A DNA stretch of 64,000 bases, taken from NCBI GenBank assembly GCA_965649765.1, contig OZ287759.1, positions 36,022,001-36,086,000 on the forward strand, written 5' to 3'. The position numbers and the translations under genes were made by a program. The notes under the pieces are model-generated. The model saw only the letters and a list, made by a program, of their open reading frames with translations. It ran no database searches and was not told the origin of the DNA. Position 1 is the stretch's first letter. The number at the start of each line of letters is the position of its first letter. This DNA comes from Bispira polyomma (taxonomy: Eukaryota). Shown here one piece after another: positions 63,204 to 64,000 of the stretch.

Positions 63204-63930
63204 AGTCAACTTAACACAACGAGATGTTGTGGCGTTAACTTTACACAACGAGATGTTGTGAAGTCAACTTAACAAAATGAGATGTTGTAACAAGAAGTTG
63301 TGGAGTCAACTTAACACAACGAGATGTTGTGGTGTTAAAGTTGCCGGATAATTGTTTTGTGTGCCTTGCTCTGTATTCAGGGCAAAGGAGCCACATAGAA
63401 TTTTCTATGGCGAAGATGTCCTAACCGTGATGTCCCAACAGTGATGTCCTAGCAGTGATGTCCCAACAAAGGGGGTGTGTTGGATTTCTGTTTGATTATT
63501 TGGTGGACCTAGCTCTGTTTTTCAGAGCATAGGAGGCTCATCGAATTTTCTATGGCTAATGTGCAGTGTTGCTGTAACGGTGATGTCCCAACAGTGGTGT
63601 TACAACTGTGATGTCTCAACAGACTCAAAGCTGTGTGCTTGTTAAAAGCCTCCACAGTGTTTGGGTGATATATTATTTGCTTATAGTTCATTGTGAACGC
63701 TGGAGACTCTTAGTATATCCTGAAGATGATGGTCCTTGAGGTGCCTGAAGGGTGAAGTTATGAATACTACAGCTGCTGATCCCTGAGCTACTTGAAGATG
63801 TGAGCTACATGGAGATGACTGCTATATTGCTTATAGTTCATTGTGAATGCTGGAAGCTCTTACTATGTCCTACAGATGATGATCCTTGTGGTGCCTGAAG
63901 GCTGAAGTTGTGAACACTACAGCTGAGGAT
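63204..63930. repeat. cluster of short tandem arrays (~29 bp, 14 bp and ~150 bp units)
   Basis: TCAACTTAACACAACGAGATGTTGTG x4, GTGATGTCC(C/T)A(A/G)CA x4, and TTGCTTATAGTTCATTGTGAA..CTACAGCTG x2. Confidence 0.8.
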
Positions 63931-64000
63931 CCTTGAATTACCGCCCTGTCAGCTTTGCTACCAGCTCCGATACAAGGAAAGGGACCTGAGCAGAAGAGGG

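Overview
AT-rich eukaryotic genomic DNA, repeat-dense and gene-poor. An invertebrate, probably a mollusc or other lophotrochozoan, is inferred from the SINE, HINE and DIRS repertoire but is not proven. There are two host genes. The first is a two-coding-exon ArsB/NhaD-superfamily transporter most similar to Lsi2 silicon-efflux transporters (20310-21855 + 22731-23269, 694 aa). Several of its hairpin Asn motifs are substituted and it has a very long loop carrying LxxIxE and acidic dileucine motifs. The second is the first coding exon of a type II membrane protein with a Tyr-motif-rich cytoplasmic tail (48291-48774). The remainder is transposon-derived: a degenerate DIRS element (gag/RT/RH/MT/YR), a Harbinger transposase relic, L2/CR1, Tx1/L1 and RTE-X-like LINEs, tRNA-derived SINEs, a solo LTR, HINE-like elements and many MITEs, often nested with readable target-site duplications. 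The 49-63 kb region records a tandem duplication, an inversion apparently mediated by SINE-SINE recombination, a Tx1-like LINE ending in AATAAA plus poly(G), and an in-frame Tx1/L2 chimeric ORF. All family assignments and identity estimates were made by eye from remembered motifs; no searches were run.
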